NCBI GenBank assembly: GCA_964304625.1
Contig: OZ199839.1
Coordinates: 10,263,287-10,327,286, forward strand
DNA length: 64,000 bases
Direction: 5' to 3'
DNA from: Kudoa neothunni
Taxonomy: Eukaryota; Animalia; Cnidaria
The notes below the pieces were generated by a model. That model did not search any database. It saw nothing but the letters and a program-made list of their open reading frames with translations, and had not been told where the DNA came from. The position numbers and the translations under genes are program-made. How positions within the stretch are numbered: position 1 is the stretch's first letter; each line of letters starts with the position of its first letter. Shown in pieces: positions 26,301 to 38,020 of the stretch.

Positions 26301-26851
26301 TTGTTCCACGATGTGGCCCACATTCTTTTTCCTTGTTGCAATCAGTGATTCATCAACTTGGACCACATGATCAACCCCTCCTATTTGATAAGGATTTTTC
26401 AGGAGATGATTGGAGCATATGTTCCGAAAATATTGGAACCACTGAATTGCGATGTGGTTGGATGTACCAGGCATGATACTTGCAGTTGTTACTGCTATAT
26501 CAAAGCAATGGCAGTGCAAAAGTTAAATAAATTTTGGTTCCGATATGTTTGCATCTTCTAACAATGATGCAAACCTGTACGATTTTTTAAGTTTATGCGT
26601 GCTGCATCTATAAATGAAGGAGTCTCTGTTTTTTATAACTTTCATTGTTTTAGAGCAGATATCACATTTTGGAGGAACCTGATTTAATATTCCTCTCGAT
26701 TGGAGACATTGTATTTCTGTTTGTTTGGTACTTGATATACGCCAAAGATCATCGAATTCCATACTGACAGTTACAGGAATAAAATAGGGTATTAAAAGCG
26801 GTCTGTAATTAATCCGGATTATGCTTGTGTCCGCAATAGTTCACATGTGCC
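23371..26851 (-). mobile_element. Merlin (IS1595/ISXO2-like) transposon, decayed transposase
   Basis: ~80-bp imperfect TIRs starting GGCACA (23371-23450 and 26771-26851). Transposase fragments 25885-26762: PPKCDIC, VVQVDESL, NHKKNFKDPITGVHTNHVECNW, YLDEFLW. No TSD found. Confidence 0.88.
23607..24065 (+). mobile_element. Non-autonomous Merlin-type element nested in the larger Merlin
   Basis: TIR GGCACT(A/G)G..GCGAATTGT.GACC, 8-bp TSD AAAAAAAG, internal relic PPLCEDCGK resembling the Merlin N-terminus. Confidence 0.75.
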
Positions 26852-27249
26852 CAGAGATCTAACTACATCGAACCTATGGAATTAACAGTTTGCTATAAAT
26901 TTTTAGCACGTTTAAATATTTATACTCTATAAATTTGTAGTAAACAATAAACAGCTAATAAATTTTATCTTGCAATAATTTTATCAGGATGTTTTTATTC
27001 TTGATTTATTAAACTTCTTCTTCAAGTGCAGCAATAGAATTTTTATCTTCGGGAGGATTCAATAGATTAAATTTACAAATTAGAAATTTAATATATGAAT
27101 TCATATTTTTTGAATGATTAAAATTACAGAACGATTGACGTGACGGTAATTATCCTATTTAATAAAATTTCGTTTTTTAATACCTTTGATTATTCAAATT
27201 TTTGTAATTCAATGCGTCAAATTTCATTTATGACTGCAATGCCATACAA

Positions 27250-28925
27250 AATTTTAAAAAATAAACTTTAGAAGAATGCATTATAATTCAATTAACGGAT
27301 AAGGCGAAATCTAATAGTGCCATAAAATTGAATGAAATGAATTTAGAAAAATACTATATGACTATGGAATATCGTCTACAATAATTCTTTAGTTATAATA
27401 TAAAATATAGAGATATAACTAATAATAATAATAATAAAGATATGTATTTAAAAAGAAAACAAGAACGATATTTTATTTAGCGCACCACTATAAAGACCCT
27501 ATGATTTACTTAAAGAAAAATGGGTTTATTTAAACTTATATAATATTGTGTACTAAATTATTTTTTAATAAAAAATGAACTATCTGATTCTTCCACCTAT
27601 TGCAACTTTCTTTCGATAGATAACCATATAATAGAACAATCCTCCAGCTACGCATAGTAGTACTCCAATAACACTCCCCCTAACAAAATCGTCATTTATT
27701 TTATATTCGGAAATATTACGATATAATTCCAGCAGTCTTTAAGCTATATTTAATATTAGCATCATATTCAAAAAATTAAAATGTTACTGGTTTGAATTCA
27801 CTGGAGCAATAATATCAGGGGCTAAAATATATAATTATCGAGATTTCCTTTTGAATATTTTTCACAACATACTATAAAATTAATATTATCACACATTCTA
27901 ATATAAATATTATTGATAATTTTCATTAGATACATATTATAGAAATATTAATTTGAATCGTTTTAATCAGGATCAAACGGCTTACCCTTTTGTGGTTCTC
28001 CGAGTAACTTTAGTTGTAGGTGAAGCTAATGTTGTAAATTAAATGAATATATTTTACATTTGTATTTACTAAAAATATTTAACGACATTCTTTTAAAAAT
28101 TTTAATACCCTGTAGTTACTTCCTCCTTAGCAACCACTATAAGAGTAAAATGATTAATTCTTGTTTTTAAGCGAAATACTTGGTCTGATCGTATAAATCG
28201 TTTCTCCGTGTGTATATTTCGCAGGTTTCACAATTAACTTATATGACTTGTCAGGGGAATAACCCGTGTATGTCATTGCGTTGCATTTTACTTGACAACT
28301 TGTGCCAGATTCTATGCAGGGAGTTCCAACTTTGGTTGGATTGGTAACATCCGTGATATCAAATAGCGTGTTATAGCATACTATTTCAGACATCTCTCTT
28401 GCCGGATCCATGGCTGCAGCAAAAGTTACACTACCTCCATTTATTGTGTGTGTTATAGTTAATGTTGCGCCATCTACATTAAGTAACGATTGCAAAACTA
28501 AATATTAATACCTGTTATCAATTCACCAATTTCCTTGTCATTCTTAGAACTGTCAAATTTTATTAAAATTGAATATGTTGTCCCACGTTCCAATCTTTCT
28601 AGCTCAATTGATTCAGAACACATTACTCTGCACGGAAATCTTCCATTACAATAGGCATCAGTGTAGAATTTTGCCCATTCGCTCTTTATTTTGACTATGC
28701 ATGCGATTTTATCAACGTTTGTAGTCATAGGTTGGAATTGCATTCTCGTATCCAAAACTATTACTTTTTCTTTGAGAAGACTGATGTCCTCCCCAGCTAG
28801 AGAATGTTTAAAAATATTTATTATAATAATTATTACTCGTTTTTATATAAAATTCGGACGTGGTTGTCCCAGTTGTATCTTTATTTGCGACGACACTTAC
28901 TACATAAGTAGTCCCCGCCGTTAAG
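27250..28925. repeat. Near-identical block shared by copy 2 and copy 3 (~31515-33180)
   Basis: 3' flank, micro-exon region and introns nearly identical; ORFs 28154-28495 and 32410-32751 give identical peptides. Confidence 0.93.
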
Positions 28926-30209
28926 GTGGAAAAACTCTCGTTATCGCAATTATTGTCACAGTTTCCTCTAGAACATTGGAGCTCAGTTTTCGTTGATACA
29001 TCGGGATCGAGAGCATTTCTCGCATAAACATTACAACTCGTTGCAGTTGTTGTACCATCGGAAGATTTCATATTTGAGAGGTTTAATGTAAATCCTGCTT
29101 GGATCATGCTTGGTAGTTCGATGGCACTATTTGCAACTATAGGTATGTTAGACAGAATTAAATTTATTTTTAATACTCGTATATGTTTTTATTTGGGATG
29201 TTGTATTGGGAATTTCACGAATGGAAACTGACACCTGTTTGTAAGTCGTCACGTCAACTTTCATCACGACCTCCGTGCAGAGGCTTATGCATAACGTTGG
29301 GTTTGATCCACAGGTACTTACATATGTTGGATCGTCTGCAGATGCATTTCTTATCTTAAATTCACAAATTCTGTCAGGTTTTTGGTTCAGAATGGTAATT
29401 TTAGTCTTTGGCTGTACTGTTTCTATGGTAACCTTGAAAAAAATTTCTGAAAATTCCGATGCTTTCATTGTGTATTTATTCTGGATATAGTATACAAAAT
29501 CCGGGAAAAAATCGCCACATTTTAGAGTATATTCATGTCGATATGTCAAAAGACTTGCTTTAAGATTAGCTTGATCTACTGATGTACAAATTTCTGCGCT
29601 ATTAGCGGACTTGGTAATTTCAATGCCGTCAGAAGTAATTTTACATTCTGTTATAGGGCAAATCCTATTGTATGTAAATTTAACGTCACTATTTTCAGTT
29701 GAGACAGTTATATCTGGGTTTAGTATATAACCTAAAAAATATAAAAATTTAATAAGCTCTGTGATTAAATGATTAGATTACTTTTCGGTATCAAAAAGAC
29801 TTTTGTAAGTGTTGGAGTATTTTCAGCTTTATCCACCGAATCGGCAACTTTCACTAAAACAAACATCGCTGAAAATGGAGCTTCTTCTAGATCTAAATCT
29901 TGCGTACCGCAAGGAACAACACATTTATTTCCTTTCCCAGTTCCATTACAGTTAAAATCTTTGTATGACAATTTACTTTCTACAACGTCAGATAACAGTA
30001 TATGACAGTTGTCTGTACTCGTAAATCCTTTGAGTGATATTTTAAGTTTATTTCGCTTAGTGACTTCTTTCTTGATTCCAAATTCTAGATAATGTGTTTT
30101 TTGTACAACGTCAACACTTAACGCGCCTAAGAAAATTATATAAAGTTAAATAAAGGCAGCTACCTATTAATAATAGTGGGAAGGCGTATATTTTAAAGAA
30201 TAAAATCAT
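27580..30209 (-). CDS. Tandem surface-protein gene, copy 2
   Basis: ATG 30209 (MILFFKIYAFPLLLIG). Same exon/intron layout and TM exon as copy 1; ORFs 29765-29971, 29148-29549, 28808-29107, 28498-28755, 28154-28495 are its exons. Confidence 0.85.
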
Positions 30210-30483
30210 TAGAAATTATAATAAAGGATTATACCTTGTATTTAGACATTCGCGACTACGATCTATTCAATGAACAATACAGTTTCCGAACATTCTCTTA
30301 TTGCTGAAATGTATTCAAACTTAGACATTAATAATAATTAATCGAAGATAAATGAAAACTTTTGCCATATTTATATAAAAGCTATATTTATAACCGTATA
30401 TAAGACGCCATTATTTTTCTGAAATCTTGCATCCAAGTTAGAAAACGACTTTGAACAAGTCATTAGTTCAAGAAGTGTAAGTA

Positions 30484-31480
30484 CAGTCCGACCTGGATCC
30501 GTGTATTGCGCGGTTTTGATTTTGTGCAATTTTTACTTATCCAGAGATTTTTTAAGTTATTCAATGAGTTTAAAAACCTTTTTTATATACATTCAAAGGG
30601 AAAAAATTCAAAAATTTTCTTGCAAACCCATAATGTCTAGGTATTGCAAGGTGTCTTCGTATTTTATTTCGTCGTTTTTTCAGGTAGTTGTTTTGGGAAT
30701 TGCCTCATTATTGCGTGGTTTTGAAATGGCGATAATGAGAGGAGTTTAACTGATACGTTCGCAATAATAGAATTTTCCGAACGTCTAGATAGAATATATG
30801 ATGAGATCAGTTCGTCATAAAGTTTAAAAATAACGGTGCATTATTTTAAAGTTATTATAGTATTCAACATCAATATATTATATATAGTTGGAGAAATTTT
30901 TGTCTAATGTGAAATAATCGAGAATTGTGACTTTTAGCCAATAAAAAACATGAGTGTTGGAAAATTTAAAAATGTAGACGCAGGAATTTACGACTGGGTC
31001 GTTTAAGCACAAAATAATTGAAAAAGTGCTTCTGCCTATGTAGTAACAGAAACAGCTATTCAGATAACAAACGAGATCACTATACAAAAATTAATGCAAG
31101 CAAACGATGGCTCTCAGAATATAAACAAATATATGGTCTTGTTTACAAGAGGCTTCATGGGAAACAGCCTCTGAAAATGATAAATGCATCCAAAGAAGGA
31201 TACACAAGAGTTCTGGGGCAATAAATAGCTATCAACCAACGTATATATTAAACTTTTATGAGCAAACTCGACAGAGTACGTTTGTTATGAAATCTGAAAC
31301 TGATGTAAGGAACAAAAAGATTTCAAACAAAGGTAACTGTTTTGGTTATTTTATCATTATTGAAAGAAAAATTCCCATACAATAAGATCAAGCAGGATAT
31401 TCTGATTTACACAATTTTTATGAACAAATTGTCAACGTGAGCAAGAAAAGTTTTATCAGACAGTTATAACTGTCGACCGT
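30484..31480 (+). mobile_element. Decayed pogo/Tigger-like element
   Basis: TA|CAGTCCGACC left end. ORF 31018-31224 contains INASKRWLSEYKQIYGLVYKRLHG, like a CENP-B/Tc5 HTH. Right end uncertain. Confidence 0.5.
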
Positions 31481-31835
31481 ATTTTTTGATTAAAATCAAT
31501 TTTAGTCGTCGAATTTTAAAAAATAAACTTTAGAAGAATGCATTATAATTCAATTAACGGATAAGGCGAAATCTAATAGTGCCATAAAATTGAATGAAAT
31601 GAATTTAGAAAAATACTATATGACTATGGAATATCGCCTACAATAATTCTTTAGCTATAATATAAAATATAGAGATATAACTAATAATAATAAAGATATG
31701 TATTTAAAAAGAAAACAAGAACGATATTTTATTTAGCGCACCACTATAAAGACCCTATGATTTACTTAAAGAAAAATGGGTTTATTTAAACTTATATAAT
31801 ATTGTGTACTAAATTATTTTTTAATAAAAAATGAA

Positions 31836-34465
31836 CTATCTGATTCTTCCACCTATTGCAACTTTCTTTCGATAGATAACCATATAATAGAACAATCCTC
31901 CAGCTACGCATAGTAGTACTCCAATAACACTCCCCCTAACAAAATCGTCATTTATTTTATATTCGGAAATATTACGATATAATTCCAGCAGTCTTTAAGC
32001 TATATTTAATATTAGCATCATATTCAAAAAATTAAAATGTTACTGGTTTGAATTTACTGGAGCAATAATATCAGGGGCTAAAATATATAATTATCGAGAT
32101 TTCCTTTTGAATATTCTTCACAACATACTACAAAATTAATATTATCACACATTCTAATATAAATATTATTGATAATTTTCATTAGATACATATTATAGAA
32201 ATATTAATTTGAATCGTTTTAATCAGGATCAAACGGCTTACCCTTTTGTGGTTCTCCGAGTAACTTTAGTTGTAGGTGAAGCTAATGTTGTAAATTAAAT
32301 GAATATATTTTACGTTTGTATTTACTAAAAATATTTAACGACATTCTTTTAAAAATTTTAATACCCTGTAGTTACTTCCTCCTTAGCAACCACTATAAGA
32401 GTAAAATGATTAATTCTTGTTTTTAAGCGAAATACTTGGTCTGATCGTATAAATCGTTTCTCCGTGTGTATATTTTGCAGGTTTCACAATTAACTTATAT
32501 GACTTGTCAGGGGAATAACCCGTGTATGTCATTGCATTGCATTTTACTTGACAACTTGTGCCAGATTCTATGCAGGGAGTTCCAACTTTGGTTGGATTGG
32601 TAACATCCGTGATATCAAATAGCGTGTTATAGCATACTATTTCAGACATCTCTCTTGCCGGATCCATGGCTGCAGCAAAAGTTACACTACCTCCATTTAT
32701 TGTGTGTGTTATAGTTAATGTTGCGCCATCTACATTAAGTAACGATTGCAAAACTAAATATTAATACCTGTTATCAATTCACCAATTTCCTTATCATTCT
32801 TAGAACTGTCAAATTTTATTAAAATTGAATATGTTGTCCCACGTTCCAATCTTTCTAGCTCAATTGATTCAGAACACATTACTCTGCACGGAAATCTTCC
32901 ATTACAATAGGCATCAGTGTAGAATTTTGCCCATTCGCTCTTTATTTTGACTATGCATGCGATATTATTCTCACTTGTAGTTATTGGTTGAAATCGAATT
33001 CTTGTATCCAAAACTATTACTTTTTCTTTGAGAAGACTGATGTCCTCCCCAGCTAGAGAATGTTTAAAAATATTTATTATAATAATTATTACTCGTTTTT
33101 ATATAAAATTCGGACGTGGTTGTCCCAGTTGTATCTTTATTTGCGACGACACTTACTACATAAGTAGTCCCCGCAGTTAACGAGGAAATACTCTTGCTTT
33201 GGCAAGTGTTATCACCGTTATCAACAGAACAGTTAGCATCAGTTCTTGTTGTTACATCGGGATCGAAAGCATTTCTCACGTATACGATACAGCTGGTTGC
33301 AGTTGTTGTACCATCAGAGATTTTCATACTTGAAAGGTCTAGTGTAAATCCTGTTTGTGCCATGTCCGATAGTTTAATAGCATTATTCGCAACTAAAGAT
33401 ATATTAGGCTGAATTTAATTAATTTTTAATACTCGTATACGTTTTTATTTGGGGTGTTGTATTGGGAATTTCACGAATGGAAACTGACACCTGTTTGTAA
33501 GTCGACGCATCAACTTTCATTACAACCTCTGTGCATATGCTTATGCACGAATTCGTGGCTGTTCCACAGGTGGTTACATATGTTTCATCAGTTACAGATG
33601 CCTCTTTTATCTTGAATTCACAAATTCTATCAGGCTTTGGGTTCAGAATAGTAATTTTTGTTTTTCGTTGTCCCGTTTCTGTGGTAACGTTGAAAAAAAT
33701 ATTTGAAAATTCGGACGCCCCTTTTGTGTATTTATTCTGGATATAGTATACAAAATCCGGGAAAAAATCGCCACATTTTAGAGTATACTCATGCCGATAT
33801 GTCAGGAGACTTGCTTTTAAATCAGCTGGGCCGCCTGTTGCACAATGATCAGTGCCAGCCGTAAACTTAGTAATTTCAGTGCCATCAGAAGTGATTTTAC
33901 ATTCAGTTATAGGGCAAATCAGATTGTAAGTAAATTTAACGTCGCTATTTTCAGTTGAGACAGTTATATCTGGGCTTAATATGTAGCCTACAATATATAA
34001 ACATTTAAAAAGCTCTGTGATTTAACGTCTAGATTACTTTTTGGTATCAAAAAGACTTTTGTAAGGGTTGGAGTATTTTGAACCGCTTCCTTCGTTCCGG
34101 CAACCTTCACTAAAACAAATACTGTTGAAAATGAGACGTCTTCTAATTCTAAATCTTGCTTATTGCAAGGAACAACACATTTATTTTGTATTTCAGTTTC
34201 AGTACAACCGAAATCTTTGTATGACAATTTGCTTGCTTCGACTTTAGATAACTGTATATAGCATCTGTTTGTGCTGGTAAATTCTTTGAGCGATATTTTA
34301 AGTTTATTTCTCTTATTGCTTATTCCCTTGATCCCAAATTCTATGTAATTTGTTTTTCTCGCAACTTCGGCATTTAACGCGCCTAGAAAATTTATATAAA
34401 CTTAAATAAAAGCAACTACCTATTAATAAAAACAGGAAAACGTTTTTTTCAATGAGTAAAGTCAT
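31836..34465 (-). CDS. Tandem surface-protein gene, copy 3
   Basis: ATG 34465 (MTLLIEKNVFLFLLIG). Exon 3 is open by manual translation although absent from the ORF track. Same splice sites and TM exon as the other copies. Confidence 0.85.
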
Positions 34466-34662
34466 AAAAAATTATATCAACGGATTAAATATTGTATTTA
34501 GGCATTCGCGAATACGATCTATTCAATGAACGATACAGTTTCCGAATATTCTTTTATGGCTAAAACGTATTCAAACTTTCACATTAGTGATAAGTAGTTG
34601 CATATTATGGATGCGTTTTAAAATATTTATATAATAGTGACCGTATATAAAGGTAAATAATA

Positions 34663-37600
34663 GGCAGTGGCTATTGACACGCTAATGAATTTCACTGAAT
34701 TCTTAAATTATTTGGATCTCCATTGTTCATTATTTTTTTAATCATAATTTTTCCTAAATTGTTTTTAAATTTCCTGTTAAATACTCGTTGTTGAATTTTC
34801 TACGCGTAAATGTTGACATTATCAAGGAATATTGGACCGTAAAAGCCTGTATAAAGTTAGATAATGTTAATTATATAAGGTATAATGGCTTGAAGATGAA
34901 ATTTACTTCAAATTTTCAAGGTTGGTTATTATCATAATGAAAAGATGGGCGGTGTTTAAGCATTAAGATCTCATGGCTTAAAATCACGGTTATCTGCCAA
35001 ATTAATTAGTAATACAAATATATAACCCAATATTTAATTTCGTTTATATATCAAATAATTTATTCTGTTTAATGTTTATTAAGTCGTATCTAACAACTCA
35101 TGACATTTTATAAGGTTAGTTTTTTAAAATATAATTCATTAACTATCAAGTCTAATGTAAATAATTTGTTCAAAGATAACATGTATTATGGTTTTTGTTA
35201 TGAATTTATGTAAATTACTTAGCTGAAAAGAAATATTTAAGTTTTACAACAGATAACTCCTGCGCAAACTGGCGCGATGGAGGATAACATAGGAACTGAT
35301 ATTTTTGAAGTGGGTAAAAAGTTTACGTCATTTGAGAATCTTGAAGATTCCATACAATTATACTAACAGAAGACTTACAGCAACCTAATGACGTGAGATT
35401 CCAACAAAATTAGCAATAGCAAATGAATTCTCACTAAAACATTCAATGAGGATTTAATCTGGTATTCAATAAAATATGTATGCTATTTTAGCAATCAATA
35501 TCGATACCGATCAAAAGGCATAAGACAATGTCAGACTTAAAAGGAAACTGTCCGGTTCATGTATCCTTGAGTGTTAATCCCGATGGACAAAAACTTGAAG
35601 TGAAATCCTTGAATTTGGATCATAACCACGAAAAAAATGAATTTTTTTTTCAGTTATTTACCACCACAGCGTAAATTGGATAATAATAAAGATTTAATAT
35701 TAGAGTTAGTTTCTTTGGGAGAAAACAAAAAATTGCTGCATTCTAAATTCAACAAGAGACGGGAAAAAATTACATTGAAATGAATACACAATTCCAAAAT
35801 AAATATGTCGAATAAAATAAATAATATCAACTATATTTATCAATTGCTCACGTTGATTATAATTGTGATGTGAGAATATTGGCTCGCGAAAACAATCAAG
35901 TTAATGCAATATTATTCCTGGATGAAGAAATGAAGGTTTTTTCTTTTCTCCCAGAGCTACTTTTAGTTGATGCAACCTACAAACTAATAGATTCACGGTA
36001 ATTTTTAAAAATTTTATCTTGTTTTATTTGACCTATTTTTATTAATTTTTATCTCCTTAAATTGTAGTGCTCCTTTGTATCTAACGGTTTCAGAAGGTTC
36101 TATGGGTTTATCTCATGTAAGTAGTGCCTGTATTATGTATGAGGAAACTGAAGCCGTTACCAACTGGTGGTATATCGATGAATTAATATCAATTACACCG
36201 TGGATACAACAAACAGTACTGCCCATTGTTACTGATAAGGATTTTAAAACTTCGTAAAGCTCTAAAAAATCATTTTCCTAATTCTGCATTAATCCTCTGT
36301 AAATTTCATGTAATACGGATGTTCCATCGTGAGTTGCGACTTGCTAAATAGAATATAAAAAATGAAGTCAAAGATAATATTTTAGATATTATTAGAAAAA
36401 TGATGTTTTCGAAAAACGAAGAACAATACAAAATCTTACTTGCTGAACTATACAATCACAAATATGAAGGTTTTAACGTTTACCTCAGACAAAATTGGGA
36501 CCCAATTTATTCACAATGGATAATTTCTTCGAGTGATTCAAGGCATTATTACGACAACATAACAAACAATAGATTGGAATGTCTCAACTCCAAATTAAAG
36601 ATCACCATTTTAATTTCTCGAAGAACTGAGAAGACATGTCATATTGTGGCAGAACTGTCAAAATAGACACGTTTAAGTATTGAGACTGAGGTAGAAAGGA
36701 ATTACTGCGACTTTTTGGCATCGTTTTTTTTAAATTAATAACAAAAGAAATTATACAAATGGGGAATAAATTTAATGTGGGAATAGAGTAAGACTCCACT
36801 TCAAATTCTTGTACGTGCTCCTTCTATCGTTCTTACCAATTGCTTTGCCAACACATATTCGCTCAAGATGTAAATTATTGATGCCTATGTTCGACCCCCA
36901 ATTGTGTCATTTTAGATGAAGAAAAGATCATATTTCAAATTTTATTAAAAAATACTAAAATAAATTCAGTAAAAAACAATTTAACAGGGTCTGTAGTAAA
37001 AAAGAAGACTTCGGAAAACCTCTCAACTTTTTCCAAGCGAATGAAAACCGCTAATGTGTATACAGACAAATTAGCAACGATTGCTGCTGAGTATTGTGGT
37101 GAATATTTCAACTGCTGTGTGGAATATTTTCGAATCTCAGAAAGCATAATTAAAAGCCATAACCTAGCCGGTTTAAAGAAATTAATAAGTATACATTATT
37201 ATCTGCTAACATACTGATTATTTTTAGAGTTGGCAAAGATTCTTGATTCATCCACAGAATGCAATGTAGATACGGATATAGTGGAGTCACCAGCCCCTTG
37301 TAAGAGTGATAACTCTTTATAATTATTTATAGATATTAATTATACTAAATTAGATGAGAATGCAAACGCCATAAAGGGCTTGTCTGAAAGCAACCAGCCC
37401 GAAACATGTGTAGTCTCCATATCATCAATTAAACTAAAGGAAACTCCCGAATCATCGCAGCCCCAAAATGACTCAACTGGTGAAAAGTCTACAGAATGTT
37501 TGGGAATAAAAGGTTTGCATCGTCTTTTATTGTAATAATTGTTATTTAGATCTTATATTGCCAGAAAAAGTAAAAGCAGTTGGAAGACCCAGAGGATACG

Positions 37601-38009
37601 GATTAACCGCTCTTAAATGGTCAAGAAAACGATCTAAAAATTGATAATTTATCAAAATAAATAAAACAATATAATTAAATTCAGATTATCTATTCTATAA
37701 TGAATATGTTGATTACATATCAAAGCTTACTCTATTCGCAACCCGATTACATGATATTATCAACTAAAACTTGTCTTCTATAGTTAAAAGGAACTCCTTT
37801 TATTTTAAAAAACGTTAATATTATCACACTTAAATGTTTAAATGCTCCTTGGAAGCTTATATGGTCGCATTAAAGGTGGAAAATACCAAAATCTACGCGC
37901 ATAGGTATAACATTAATATTCAATACTTATTATCATAAGTTTAAAATCTTGGATGAAAAAATGTTCTAATTAATACTAGAAATGAATTAGCGTGTCAATA
38001 GCCACTGCC
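34663..38009 (+). mobile_element. Second Mutator-like element, heavily decayed transposase
   Basis: TIRs GGCAGTGGCTATTGACACGCTAAT at both ends. Relic motifs CPVHV..DHNHE, LLVDATYKL, TDKDF, LCKFHV, TNNRLECLNSKLK, SWIM CTCSFY..LLCQHIF, GRPRG with many stops. No TSD; it truncates the upstream region of copy 3. Confidence 0.88.
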
Positions 38010-38020
38010 TTACATATATA

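Noticed and set aside
27250-33180. Copies 2 and 3 as a pure assembly duplicate
   Set aside because: Their 5' exons, promoters and flanks differ substantially and the shared block has internal differences; read-level confirmation is still advisable.
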